A DNA stretch of 64,000 nt from an uncultured Gammaproteobacteria bacterium (GTDB lineage Bacteria; Pseudomonadota; Gammaproteobacteria; JABCZS01), in NCBI GenBank assembly GCA_963798975.1, contig CAWCVU010000006.1, positions 34,682 through 98,681 of the forward strand, written 5' to 3'. The notes beneath the pieces were generated by a model. The model was not told the origin of the DNA. It made no database searches and saw nothing but the letters and a program-made list of their open reading frames with translations. This document shows, in pieces, positions 31,126-40,222 of the stretch (its first letter is position 1; the number at the start of each line of letters is the position of its first letter). The translations under genes and the position numbers were made by a program.

Positions 31126-31911
31126 TTATTTAATGTCTTTCCAGTATTCACGCTTTAATAAATAAGCGAATACCAAAAGAATGAGTAAGAAGAAAATTAC
31201 CACAACACCTAGATGTTCGCGCTCCAATTTGACCGGATCACCTACATAAGACATAAAATTAACAATATCATACACGACATGCTGGAATTCTTCTGGAGAG
31301 AGCTCGCCAGGTTTAACGAGTTCTAAGCCGACAATAGTCTTATGAACAATTTGTTGTCCCAATGCTTCACTTTCTGTTGTGTGATAAATAGGCTGTTGCT
31401 CACCTTGTAAATCTAATAAAATATTCGGCATAGCCACGTCAGGGTATAACACATTATTAACACCCCAAGGACGGGCACTGTCCATGTAAAAAGACAATAG
31501 GTAATTATAAATCCATTTCTCAGAACGGTAGCGTGAAGTCAGTGATAAATCAGGCGGAGTTACACCAAACCAATGCCGTGATTCTTCAGGTTGCATAGCG
31601 ACTAAAATCGGATCACCAATACGTGTACTGGTAAACATTAAATTCTTCTTGACGACATCACTTAAGACTTCGCCTTTATCATCTGTCATGCCAATATCTT
31701 TCGCCATGCGTTCATAACGCATAAACTGCAAACTGTGACAGCCGCTGCAATAATTCATGTAATACTTAGCACCACGCTGCAAGGATTCTTGATTGCTAGG
31801 ATCCATGTTGGGCATATCAAATAAATAATTTGCAGGTCCAGCACTAAACGCATAGGGCGTTAACAGACACATGAATAAAGATACGAGAACTATCCATAGA
31901 TTTTTCAGCAT
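31126..31911 (-). CDS. petC: ubiquinol-cytochrome c reductase, cytochrome c1 subunit
   Basis: 261 aa with a signal peptide, the CSGCHS heme-binding site and a C-terminal TM anchor. Confidence 0.85.
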   Translation of the reverse strand: MLKNLWIVLVSLFMCLLTPYAFSAGPANYLFDMPNMDPSNQESLQRGAKYYMNYCSGCHSLQFMRYERMAKDIGMTDDKGEVLSDVVKKNLMFTSTRIGDPILVAMQPEESRHWFGVTPPDLSLTSRYRSEKWIYNYLLSFYMDSARPWGVNNVLYPDVAMPNILLDLQGEQQPIYHTTESEALGQQIVHKTIVGLELVKPGELSPEEFQHVVYDIVNFMSYVGDPVKLEREHLGVVVIFFLLILLVFAYLLKREYWKDIK

Positions 31912-33124
31912 TACCGCACCCTCTCTGGTACTGGTTTAGTTTTATCATAATGCGTATAAATGGGCATTAAAATAAAGAACAAGAAATACGTAATCGTAAA
32001 AATACGCGCCAATAAAGTTTTAACAGGACTGGGTGCCTGGGTGCCCAAATAGGCTAAAACAATAAAGCTAATGACAAAAACCGTGATGGCTGTTTTAAAA
32101 TATATACCCCGATAACGGATAGATTTTACTTTAGAGCGATCCAACCAAGGTATCACAAATAAGAAAGCAATCGCACCGCCCATGGCCATAACGCCGCCTA
32201 ATTTATCAGGAATCGCGCGTAATACAGAATAAAATGGCGTCATATACCAAACCGGTGCCACATGTTCAGGCGTTTTAAGCCAATCTGCAGGCGTAAAATT
32301 AGGGTACTCAATAAAAAACCCACCCATTTCCGGTGCAAAAAACATCACCGCGGAAAAAATAATTAAAAATATAATCACACCCACCAAATCTTTTACAGTG
32401 TAGTAGGGATGAAAAGGTACACCATCTACAGGATGACCTTGTGTATTTTTAAGCTTTTTGATTTCAATCCCATCAGGATTATTTGAACCAACGTATGCAA
32501 GGCAATAATATGCAAATACACCAAAATTAATAAAATAATGGGAAACACACAACATGTAAGGCAAAATAACGATTAGAGTCGCTCCAGAAACGTTATAATC
32601 CCCACGAATCCATGTCACCAAGGTATCCCCTACATAAGGGATTGCGCTAAATAATGAAGTGATCACTTGTGCACCCCAAAAAGACATTTGTCCCCAAGGT
32701 AATAAATAACCGGTAAAGGCAGCGGCCATCAATACAAGAATATTCCCATACCTAGAAGCCATATCAATTCACGCGGCTTTTTAGACGACCCATAAATAAT
32801 GCCGCGAAACATATGCAAATATACAACAATGAAAAAGAACGATGCGCCTGTAGTGTGCATATAACGAAGCAACCAGCCATAATTTACATCACGCATAATA
32901 TATTCTACAGAAGCAAAAGCACCTGTTTCTGTGGGTGTATAACTCATGGCTAACCAAATACCAGATACAAATTGCATGACTAATACAACGATGGCCAGCA
33001 CGCCAAAAATATACCAGATATTAAAATTTTTGGGCGCATAATATTGCGCCATATGTGTATTCCAAGTTTTTACCAAAGGAATACGGTCATCTAACCAATT
33101 CACTAATCCTGCGAGTATTTTCAT
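31911..33124 (-). CDS. petB: ubiquinol-cytochrome c reductase, cytochrome b subunit; single frameshift as assembled
   Basis: ORFs 32729..33124 (N-terminal 131 aa) and 31911..32762 (C-terminal 283 aa). The junction reads [13 protein letters not shown]|[21 protein letters not shown] if one base is restored near 32735. Confidence 0.85.
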
Positions 33125-33711
33125 GCCTTCTGCTCCTTGTGCTCACCCACTAAAATAAGGGTGTCACTTAAATATTGATAAGGAGGAATTTCTAAGTTTG
33201 TGGGTGCAGGCACATCTTTGAATACACGTCCGGCTAGATCAAACATAGAACCATGACATGGGCAATAAAAGCCCCCCGGCCAGGTATCAGAAACACTACC
33301 CACATCAGGACGATAGGTTGGAATACAGCCTAAATGAGTACATATACCTATAGCAACAAAATATTCAGGCTTTATTGCACGGTCTTCATTTTTGGCATAA
33401 GCAGGTTGCTGTGGCACCTCAGAATAAGGATCGCGTAATTGCGAATCTAATTTAGGGAGTTCTGCAAGCATCTCTGGACTTCGATGAATAATCCATATGG
33501 GTTTACCACGCCATTCAACAGTCAGTTGTTGGCCTAGGGCTAATTTACTGATATCTACTTCTACAGGTGCACCAGCGGCTTGCGCACGTGCACTGGGTTG
33601 CCATGAACTAATAAAAGGAACAGCCACACAAGCAACCCCAATACCACCCACAACAGTGGTTGCTGCAGTCAAAAAACGTCGGCGTCCAACGTTAATATCC
33701 TGTTCACTCAT
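33121..33711 (-). CDS. petA: ubiquinol-cytochrome c reductase Rieske iron-sulfur subunit
   Basis: Tat-like RRRFL signal plus the CTHLGC and CPCHGS Rieske boxes. Confidence 0.9.
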   Translation of the reverse strand: MSEQDINVGRRRFLTAATTVVGGIGVACVAVPFISSWQPSARAQAAGAPVEVDISKLALGQQLTVEWRGKPIWIIHRSPEMLAELPKLDSQLRDPYSEVPQQPAYAKNEDRAIKPEYFVAIGICTHLGCIPTYRPDVGSVSDTWPGGFYCPCHGSMFDLAGRVFKDVPAPTNLEIPPYQYLSDTLILVGEHKEQKA

Positions 33712-33738
33712 GTGCACTGTCTCCCTTATGCAATACTG

Positions 33739-34167
33739 TTAACGTTTAGAGAATTGCTTATCTTTACGTGCTTTAGGACGGCCCACTTTTTTACGCTCTA
33801 CACGGCGAGAATCACGGGTTAACAAACCTAAAGAACCTAATATTTTACGTAAACCTAAGGCACCGCTACCGCTTGAACCTTCTTCACCTTCATCGTAAGC
33901 CACTAAAGCGCGTGCTAAACCATGACGTACTGCGCCTGCTTGGCCTGAATTGCCACCGCCACGTACGGTAACCATGAGATCAAATTTACCGTCTAATTCT
34001 ACGGCTTTGAGAGGTTCCATAATTAATATTTGGTGAGAAGCGCGTTGAAAAAATGTTTCAAATTCTTTTTCATTGACGATAATTTTGCCATTACCACGAC
34101 GTAGAAACACACGTGCTGTAGAACTTTTACGTCTACCGGTACCATAAAACTGTTGCTGTTGTGCCAT
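33739..34167 (-). CDS. rpsI: 30S ribosomal protein S9 (with a Gly/Ser/Glu-rich insertion)
   Basis: YGTGRRKSSTARVFL ... RDSRRVERKKVGRPKARKDKQFSKR. There is an extra roughly 11 aa (GEEGSSGSGAL) relative to E. coli S9. Confidence 0.95.
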   Translation of the reverse strand: MAQQQQFYGTGRRKSSTARVFLRRGNGKIIVNEKEFETFFQRASHQILIMEPLKAVELDGKFDLMVTVRGGGNSGQAGAVRHGLARALVAYDEGEEGSSGSGALGLRKILGSLGLLTRDSRRVERKKVGRPKARKDKQFSKR

Positions 34168-34182
34168 ATTATTTCCTAAAAA

Positions 34183-34611
34183 CTATAAGGGAAGATCTTC
34201 GGGTTGTTGTCCCGTATGCGGATGCGTATCACCAGCATAAACCTTTAATTTGCGAAACATTTCTCTACCTAAGGGGCCTCTAGGTAACATACCTTTAACA
34301 GCTAACTCAATCACCCGTTCAGGATGCTTGCTAATCAACTGTTCAAAACTAGAAGATTTAATACCCCCTGGAAAGCCCGTGTGGTGATAATAAATTTTGT
34401 CAGTAGCCTTTTTGCCCGTGACCCGCAGTTTGCCCGCATTAACCACAACTATATAATCGCCTGTATCCACATGTGGCGTATAGATAGCCTTGTGTTTGCC
34501 GCGTAAGCGAGTAGCTATTTCTACTGCCAAACGGCCTAATACTTTGTTTGTTGCATCGACTAGATACCAACGCCGACTCACCTCATGGGCTTTAGCGCTC
34601 ATTGTTTTCAT
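34183..34611 (-). CDS. rplM: 50S ribosomal protein L13
   Basis: 142 aa, [16 protein letters not shown]..., upstream of rpsI. Confidence 0.95.
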   Translation of the reverse strand: MKTMSAKAHEVSRRWYLVDATNKVLGRLAVEIATRLRGKHKAIYTPHVDTGDYIVVVNAGKLRVTGKKATDKIYYHHTGFPGGIKSSSFEQLISKHPERVIELAVKGMLPRGPLGREMFRKLKVYAGDTHPHTGQQPEDLPL

Positions 34612-34815
34612 AAATTTACATTCCCAAATCGAATATATTACGCCCCATGTAGACCAAACCGCAGCCTACACCCTATTAATCCACGTTAAAGGGCGTATTC
34701 TACCCTAAGCTTTGGCCCAGACACAAGATTTTTTTACGAAAAACTTACAAACTGGCTAAATTATGCTATTTTATGTCTATAGGATATCCTGCTTAAACAA
34801 TATGGAGATATGGAA

Positions 34816-35304
34816 ATGCCAGTTAAAAAGAAAGTAACTAAACGTAAAACAGCCGTTAAAAAACCTGTAGCTAAAGCAAAAGTGACTCGCAAGGCCCCTG
34901 CCAAAGCTAAAGCCACTAAAAGTAAAGCTGCGACAAAAAAAGCACCTGCTGCTAAAAAAGCCGCTGCTGCATCTGTTAGAAAGCCTGTGCCTGCCGTAAA
35001 CAGTGTTTACAGTAAAACACAATTGCTAACCACCATTGCTGAATCTTCTGGTGTGAGCAAAAAAGATGTGGCTGCTGTATTTGATACACTTTATGAAGTG
35101 ATTGAGCAACACATCAAACGCCGTGGACCACAATTATTCACGATGCCTGGTCTTGCTAAAATTAAAGTCATTAACAAACCTGCTACTAAAGCACGTAAAG
35201 GCATCAACCCCTTTACTGGTGAACCGACTGTATTTAAAGCTAAACCCGCACGCAACGTTGTAAAAGTGTTGGCCTTGAAAAAACTCAAAGAAATGGCTAA
35301 ATAA
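34816..35304 (+). CDS. HU-family DNA-binding protein with Lys/Ala-rich histone-H1-like N-terminal tail
   Basis: The first roughly 60 aa are PVKKKVTKRKTAVKKPVAKAKVTRKAPAKAKATKSKAATKKAPAAKKAAA. The C-terminal roughly 95 aa form an HU/IHF fold (SKKDVAAVFDTL...GINPFTGEPTVFKAKPARNVVKV). GGAGA lies 8 nt upstream of the ATG at 34816; an alternative ATG is at 34810. Confidence 0.8.
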   Translation: MPVKKKVTKRKTAVKKPVAKAKVTRKAPAKAKATKSKAATKKAPAAKKAAAASVRKPVPAVNSVYSKTQLLTTIAESSGVSKKDVAAVFDTLYEVIEQHIKRRGPQLFTMPGLAKIKVINKPATKARKGINPFTGEPTVFKAKPARNVVKVLALKKLKEMAK

Positions 35305-35330
35305 TCTGCTATTTTTATTGACAATACTAA

Positions 35331-35361
35331 AGCCCAGAATTTTCATTCTGGGCTTTTTTTA
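35331..35361 (+). terminator. rho-independent terminator after the HU-like gene
   Basis: agcccagaat tttc attctgggct followed by T7. Confidence 0.75.
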
Positions 35362-35389
35362 TTGACTTAGGACTGATGACAGAAAACCA

Positions 35390-35962
35390 TTAACAAACTA
35401 AACGATTTACTTTTGTCCCACCATTAGTAGGTACAAATTCAGGTGCGTTAAGGTTAAACTTATATTCTTTAAACATGCCTTTTTTTAACACAGATCCCGT
35501 CTCAATACCAAGCTCCACACATTGCGCTTTTATTTGTTTATAACGTTGTAATAATGAACTCTCTTTTTTAACAAATGCTTCCCAACCTCCAGGTTGTGCC
35601 TCAAAGAAAGCTTCAAATTTCTGCAGTGACTGCACGATATCAGGCGAGGTTCTAATATGATCAACGTTAGAATATCGCAGAATAAAAGCCCAATCTTGAT
35701 CATGTTTTAAAAGATTTACGGTGTCTTCAACTATTAAAATATTCTGTTCACCTCCATCATATTTCATATCCAAATAGTTAAGGCGCCGACAAGCTGATTG
35801 GAGAGTAGTCCAGTAATTTCTAGAATTATAATTGTCTGTTTCATGGCCTCTGTAATTTTCATCAACTTTAAATTTTGTTCCTTTCTCCAAGTTGCGCCCT
35901 GTAATATAAAAATCAAAACCATAAACCTGTTTAATTTCCTTTGCGGTATATACCATAGTCAT
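35390..35962 (-). CDS. hypothetical protein (ORFan) with C-terminal PAM2-like motif
   Basis: Uninterrupted 190-aa ORF with no signal peptide and no domain I recognise. FNLNAPEFVP is at residues 169-178 (nt 35429..35458). Confidence 0.5.
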   Translation of the reverse strand: MTMVYTAKEIKQVYGFDFYITGRNLEKGTKFKVDENYRGHETDNYNSRNYWTTLQSACRRLNYLDMKYDGGEQNILIVEDTVNLLKHDQDWAFILRYSNVDHIRTSPDIVQSLQKFEAFFEAQPGGWEAFVKKESSLLQRYKQIKAQCVELGIETGSVLKKGMFKEYKFNLNAPEFVPTNGGTKVNRLVC

Positions 35963-36105
35963 AAGCTTCCTCGTATTATGATGATCAAGATCTTTATTTT
36001 ACTATCATACATTTGTATGTCAATAAACATTTGCTTTAAGGCTTACTTAATACGATTTAAGGGGGTAAAATTTTCAACTACTATGTTTTATGTAGTCATA
36101 CTTTT

Positions 36106-37086
36106 TTGGATAAAACTATCATGCCCAATAAATCTAAACACATCGTCATCACCGACGGACAGCTCTTAAATCCTGGAGATTTAAGTTGGGAAGCCTTATT
36201 TGCGCTGGGAGAATGTCAGCTTTTTGAACGCACCTCACCCGAATTGATTATTGAGCGCTGTCAGCATGCTGATATTGTTATTACTAACAAAACACTTTTA
36301 ATGCGTGAACAGATACAACAATTGCCAAAGTTGCAATATATTGGTGTGACCGCGACGGGCTATAATAATGTTGATATTTTAGCTGCCCATGAAAAAAATA
36401 TTTTGGTGACTAATGTTCCGAATTATGGAACAGCTTCGGTGGCGCAACATACCTTTGCTTTATTATTGGAAGCAACGAATCATGTGGGATTCTATCAACA
36501 AACCGAGCTAGCTCATGCATGGGTAAATTCGCAGGATTTTTGTTTTTGGCTTAAACCCATGATAGAACTTGATCAATTAACTTTAGGCATTTTTGGTTTT
36601 GGTGCGATTGGACAACAGGTCGCAAAAATTGCCCAAGCATTCGAGATGAATGTTTTAATTTATACGCGAACCCCCAAAATAAATGCTGATTCGAGTTTAA
36701 AATTTGTCGATAAAAATACTCTGTTTAAAAGTAGCGATGTGATTTCTCTGCATTGCCCTTTAACAGAACAGACACGTCATCTTATTAATACTGATACTTT
36801 AAATTTAATGAAAACTGGCGCTATTCTTATTAATACTAGCCGTGGTGCTTTGATAGATGAATCTGCATTGGCGCAGGCGTTACAAAAAAATAAAATTCAT
36901 GCTGCGGCTTTAGATGTTTTAGAGCAAGAACCGCCGCGCGCTGATAATCCACTGTTAGCTTTAGAAAATTGCATCATTACCCCGCATAATGCCTGGGCAA
37001 GTTATGCAGCGCGCCAGCGTTTATTAAACATTGCCATTGCAAATCTTAAAGCTTATCTTTCCGGTAGGCCTCAAAATCTCGTGTAA
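36106..37086 (+). CDS. D-isomer-specific 2-hydroxyacid dehydrogenase (glycerate/hydroxypyruvate reductase-like)
   Basis: 326 aa with the NAD-binding GIFGFGAIGQQVA and the catalytic region LINTSRGALIDE...ITPHNAW. Confidence 0.85.
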   Translation: MDKTIMPNKSKHIVITDGQLLNPGDLSWEALFALGECQLFERTSPELIIERCQHADIVITNKTLLMREQIQQLPKLQYIGVTATGYNNVDILAAHEKNILVTNVPNYGTASVAQHTFALLLEATNHVGFYQQTELAHAWVNSQDFCFWLKPMIELDQLTLGIFGFGAIGQQVAKIAQAFEMNVLIYTRTPKINADSSLKFVDKNTLFKSSDVISLHCPLTEQTRHLINTDTLNLMKTGAILINTSRGALIDESALAQALQKNKIHAAALDVLEQEPPRADNPLLALENCIITPHNAWASYAARQRLLNIAIANLKAYLSGRPQNLV

Positions 37087-37172
37087 AACGTAAGGTTATT
37101 TGCATTTTACCTATTCCTGGACTTTAATTAGTTAATTATTTTTAATTTAAAATCATTCATTAGGAGATAGAT

Positions 37173-37580
37173 ATGCTCAATCATGCGACACACAATGGAT
37201 TGCTTCTACTCGCTCGGGTGCTTTTTTGCGCCATTTTTATTTTTTCTGCTTATAGCAAAATTGTGGGGTTTGATGCCACTTTAGGCTATATGCAAAATGC
37301 CGGTGTTACTTGGCATCCCATGTGGTTGGGCATTATTGCCATAGCCTTTGAATTGGGCGGTGCCTTATTAGTGCTGCTGGGCTGGCATACACGTGTGGGT
37401 GCAGGACTTTTAATCGTTTTCACCTGCTTGACCAGTTTTTTAATTCATCATTTTTGGTCTTATCCTCCAGAGGTAGCACAAATCCAAATGATTATGTTTA
37501 TGAAAAACATGAGCATCATCGGTGGTGCTTTTTATATTTTCTGTTTTGGCGCTGGCGCTTACAGTATCGATAAAAAATGA
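37173..37580 (+). CDS. DoxX-family membrane protein
   Basis: 135 aa, four TM helices. LLLARVLFCAIFIFSAYSKI is typical of DoxX. Confidence 0.75.
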   Translation: MLNHATHNGLLLLARVLFCAIFIFSAYSKIVGFDATLGYMQNAGVTWHPMWLGIIAIAFELGGALLVLLGWHTRVGAGLLIVFTCLTSFLIHHFWSYPPEVAQIQMIMFMKNMSIIGGAFYIFCFGAGAYSIDKK

Positions 37581-38623
37581 AAGTTCTATATAAACTGACC
37601 GCTTTATTAATCACGTTAACACTGGGCACTGGCCAAGTGTTTGCCTGCACCAGTTTTCGCTTAATTGCACAAGATGGTAGCGTGATGGTGACCCGTAGTA
37701 TGGAATTTGCGCAAGAGATGAAATCTAATATTATTACTTCGCCTCGCAATAAAAGTTTTAATATTATCGCCCCAGATGGACAAGCTGGAATATCCTGGAA
37801 GGCACAATACGGTTATGTGTTCTTAGATGGGCTGGGTTTAGGTGCGCCTATCGATGGCATCAATGAAGCCGGCTTATCTTTTGAAGCTTTATTATTCCCA
37901 GAAGAAGCCGGTTATCAAGACGTCCCTCAAGGGCAAGAAAAACAAGCACTCTCTTATATCCATTTTGGCGATTGGATTTTGGGTAATTTTAAAACGGTCG
38001 ATGAAGTAAAAAATGCTGTTACTCAGGTTTATGTATTTGGCGAAACATTACCGCAATTGAATAATACGATATTTCCCGTACATTTTTCTGTCTTTGATCA
38101 AAGTGGTAAAGGTATAGTGCTTGAATATGTCGAGGGTAAACTTCATATTCATGAACATATGGGTGTCATGACTAATTCACCGACTTATGATTGGCATGTG
38201 ACGAATTTACGTAATTATATTCAACTCTCCCCTACTAATCCTAAACCTGTCATTGCTGAAGGCATCACTTACACCTCAACTGGCCAAGGTTCGGGCATGA
38301 TCGGTTTACCGGGCGATGTAAGCCCTCCTTCACGTTTTGTTAAAATGGCTGTCATGTTAAATACCGTCATTAAACCTAAAGACTCGAAACAAGCCCTTAA
38401 TTTGAGCCAACATATGATCAATAACGTTGATATTCCTAAGGGTTTTGTCCGTGTAACTGAGAGCCCTAATACAGCGACTTTGGATTCCACTCAATGGGTC
38501 GTGTTTAAAGATTTAACACATAAAAAGCTTTATTATCGCACTTATGATGATCTCAGTATCCGTGAGGTCGATTTAAAGAGTATCGATTTTTCTAAGCCGA
38601 CTCAGGTGACTCCCTTAATATAA
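37577..38623 (+). CDS. choloylglycine hydrolase / linear amide C-N hydrolase family (Ntn hydrolase)
   Basis: 348 aa. The signal peptide ends ...QVFA|CTSFRL, placing the nucleophile Cys at the mature N-terminus. MTNSPTYDWH is a family-typical segment. Confidence 0.8.
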   Translation: MKVLYKLTALLITLTLGTGQVFACTSFRLIAQDGSVMVTRSMEFAQEMKSNIITSPRNKSFNIIAPDGQAGISWKAQYGYVFLDGLGLGAPIDGINEAGLSFEALLFPEEAGYQDVPQGQEKQALSYIHFGDWILGNFKTVDEVKNAVTQVYVFGETLPQLNNTIFPVHFSVFDQSGKGIVLEYVEGKLHIHEHMGVMTNSPTYDWHVTNLRNYIQLSPTNPKPVIAEGITYTSTGQGSGMIGLPGDVSPPSRFVKMAVMLNTVIKPKDSKQALNLSQHMINNVDIPKGFVRVTESPNTATLDSTQWVVFKDLTHKKLYYRTYDDLSIREVDLKSIDFSKPTQVTPLI

Positions 38624-38655
38624 GTTTAATACTGATACGGTATACTCTGCTTTAC

Positions 38656-39054
38656 TCATTTCGAAATAGCTGCAATATGCAGCTGGCTAATATTTAATTG
38701 CCCTAACACCTCAAGCAATTGTACTAGGCTCGCATGCGGTGCTTTGGCATCACCATGAATCACAACAATAGCCTCTTTAGGTAAATGTTCGCTTAAATAT
38801 TTTTTTAAGTCATCGTTATTAAGCGTGCCTATATTTTTTTCATTGATATGCAAATCCCCTGCTGGATCGATGCCGATTACAAAAGACGAGTCTTCTGTAG
38901 TTGTGTGTTGCGTTTCATCTATATTAGGTAATTGCACATCTAACCAATGGGTTTCATTAAACGAGGTAGACAACATAAAAAATATCAGTAATAAAAATAC
39001 GACGTCAATTAATGGCGTGAGATCTAGGCTTATATCCGGATTACTTCTGCGCAT
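38656..39054 (-). CDS. exbD: biopolymer transport protein ExbD/TolR
   Basis: 132 aa, LTPLIDVVFLLLIFFM. Confidence 0.85.
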   Translation of the reverse strand: MRRSNPDISLDLTPLIDVVFLLLIFFMLSTSFNETHWLDVQLPNIDETQHTTTEDSSFVIGIDPAGDLHINEKNIGTLNNDDLKKYLSEHLPKEAIVVIHGDAKAPHASLVQLLEVLGQLNISQLHIAAISK

Positions 39055-39556
39055 AGTCTACCCACTCTTCTATAGCTGCTTCGAGTTGTAAAATAAGTCC
39101 GTTAATTTTGCGATTAAAATAACGGTAAAATAATAAGGCAATAATGGCGATGGACATACCAACCGCAGTGGTTAATAAGGCCTCACTGATGCCACCGGCC
39201 AGTGCTTGTGCTTGACCTAAACCTTCTTGCATCATGACATCAAAAATTGTAATCATCCCTAAGACTGTTCCTAATAAACCTAATAACGGGGTAGTTGTTG
39301 CGATGGTGCCCAACATATTCAAATGTTTTTCCCATAAAAATATTTCATGTTTGGCTTGATGTAACATGCGTTTTTTTAATTTAGTTTTATCGCGTTTAGC
39401 ACTGCGATCCCCTGTAGCCAGCACACGTCTTATCGCGCCTTTTAGGGTAAAATTTAAAACGCATAAACGCTCTAAAATAATAGCGAGCGCCAAAATCGAT
39501 GCACCAAATAAAGGATACATTAACCAACTGCTGTGTAATATTTCTAATAACATCAT
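39041..39556 (-). CDS. exbB: MotA/TolQ/ExbB proton-channel protein
   Basis: 171 aa, LGLLGTVLGMI and EALLTTAVGMSIAI motifs. Confidence 0.85.
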   Translation of the reverse strand: MMLLEILHSSWLMYPLFGASILALAIILERLCVLNFTLKGAIRRVLATGDRSAKRDKTKLKKRMLHQAKHEIFLWEKHLNMLGTIATTTPLLGLLGTVLGMITIFDVMMQEGLGQAQALAGGISEALLTTAVGMSIAIIALLFYRYFNRKINGLILQLEAAIEEWVDYAQK

Positions 39557-40147
39557 TTACCTCAATTTAAAATCTATCGGAACTTCTATCCAAGCGGCTA
39601 TCGCTTGTTCATTTTGCTTGGCAGGCAAAAATGACCATTGCGCAACGGCATCAAGAGCAGCTTGATCTAATAATGGAAAACCTGAAGATTGCGCAATTTT
39701 AACTTCATGTGTTTTGCCTAAATGATCCACCTGCGCACGCACCAAGACTAAGCCTTCTTGACGATCACGCCGTGATCTTTCGGGATAGATAGGTGGCGTG
39801 GGTTTGCTGCTTAATTGCACTTCGCGGGTGACTATTAATTCTTCAAGCTCGCCAACTATATCTGGTTTTTCAGGTTCTATAATCTCCGGTTCTTCCTTTT
39901 TGGGAATAATCTGTGAAAGCGCATTATCATCTGTAGTCGTTACTAGTTGTTCAATAACCTGTGGTGTTTCAACAACTTGTTTTATATCTGGCGGTGATCC
40001 TAAAGTCACAGCCATCGAATGTCCTGCTGGCGCTTTAAAGCTATGTTGTTGTGCAGCTGGTTTATGTAAGAACCAGATCCCATGAAAACCTACTGATATC
40101 AGCAAGGCACCAATGAGCAAGCCATCACTACGTGTCAAACCCCACAT
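39557..40147 (-). CDS. tonB: energy transducer TonB
   Basis: 196 aa with an N-terminal anchor, a Pro/Glu-rich spacer (KKEEPEIIEPEKPD) and a TonB C-terminal domain (YPERSRRDRQEGLVLVRAQV...AALDAV..W.F.PA). Confidence 0.8.
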   Translation of the reverse strand: MWGLTRSDGLLIGALLISVGFHGIWFLHKPAAQQHSFKAPAGHSMAVTLGSPPDIKQVVETPQVIEQLVTTTDDNALSQIIPKKEEPEIIEPEKPDIVGELEELIVTREVQLSSKPTPPIYPERSRRDRQEGLVLVRAQVDHLGKTHEVKIAQSSGFPLLDQAALDAVAQWSFLPAKQNEQAIAAWIEVPIDFKLR

Positions 40148-40167
40148 GACATAATCCCCTTGTTATT

Positions 40168-40186
40168 CTGAATAATAATCATTATC
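40168..40186. promoter_or_regulatory. candidate Fur box in the divergent tonB / TonB-dependent receptor intergenic region
   Basis: ctgAATaATAATCATTATC matches the 19-bp consensus GATAATGATAATCATTATC at 15 of 19 positions by my count. Confidence 0.55.
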
Positions 40187-40222
40187 ATTTGCATTTGCAA
40201 ATTATTTAGTGAATTGACCTTT

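Noticed and set aside
35390-35401. The C-terminal ...NRLVC of the 190-aa ORFan as a possible eukaryotic prenylation (CaaX) signal
   Set aside because: The Cys is the very last residue. A CaaX box needs Cys followed by three residues, and Rab-type CC/CXC motifs are also absent.
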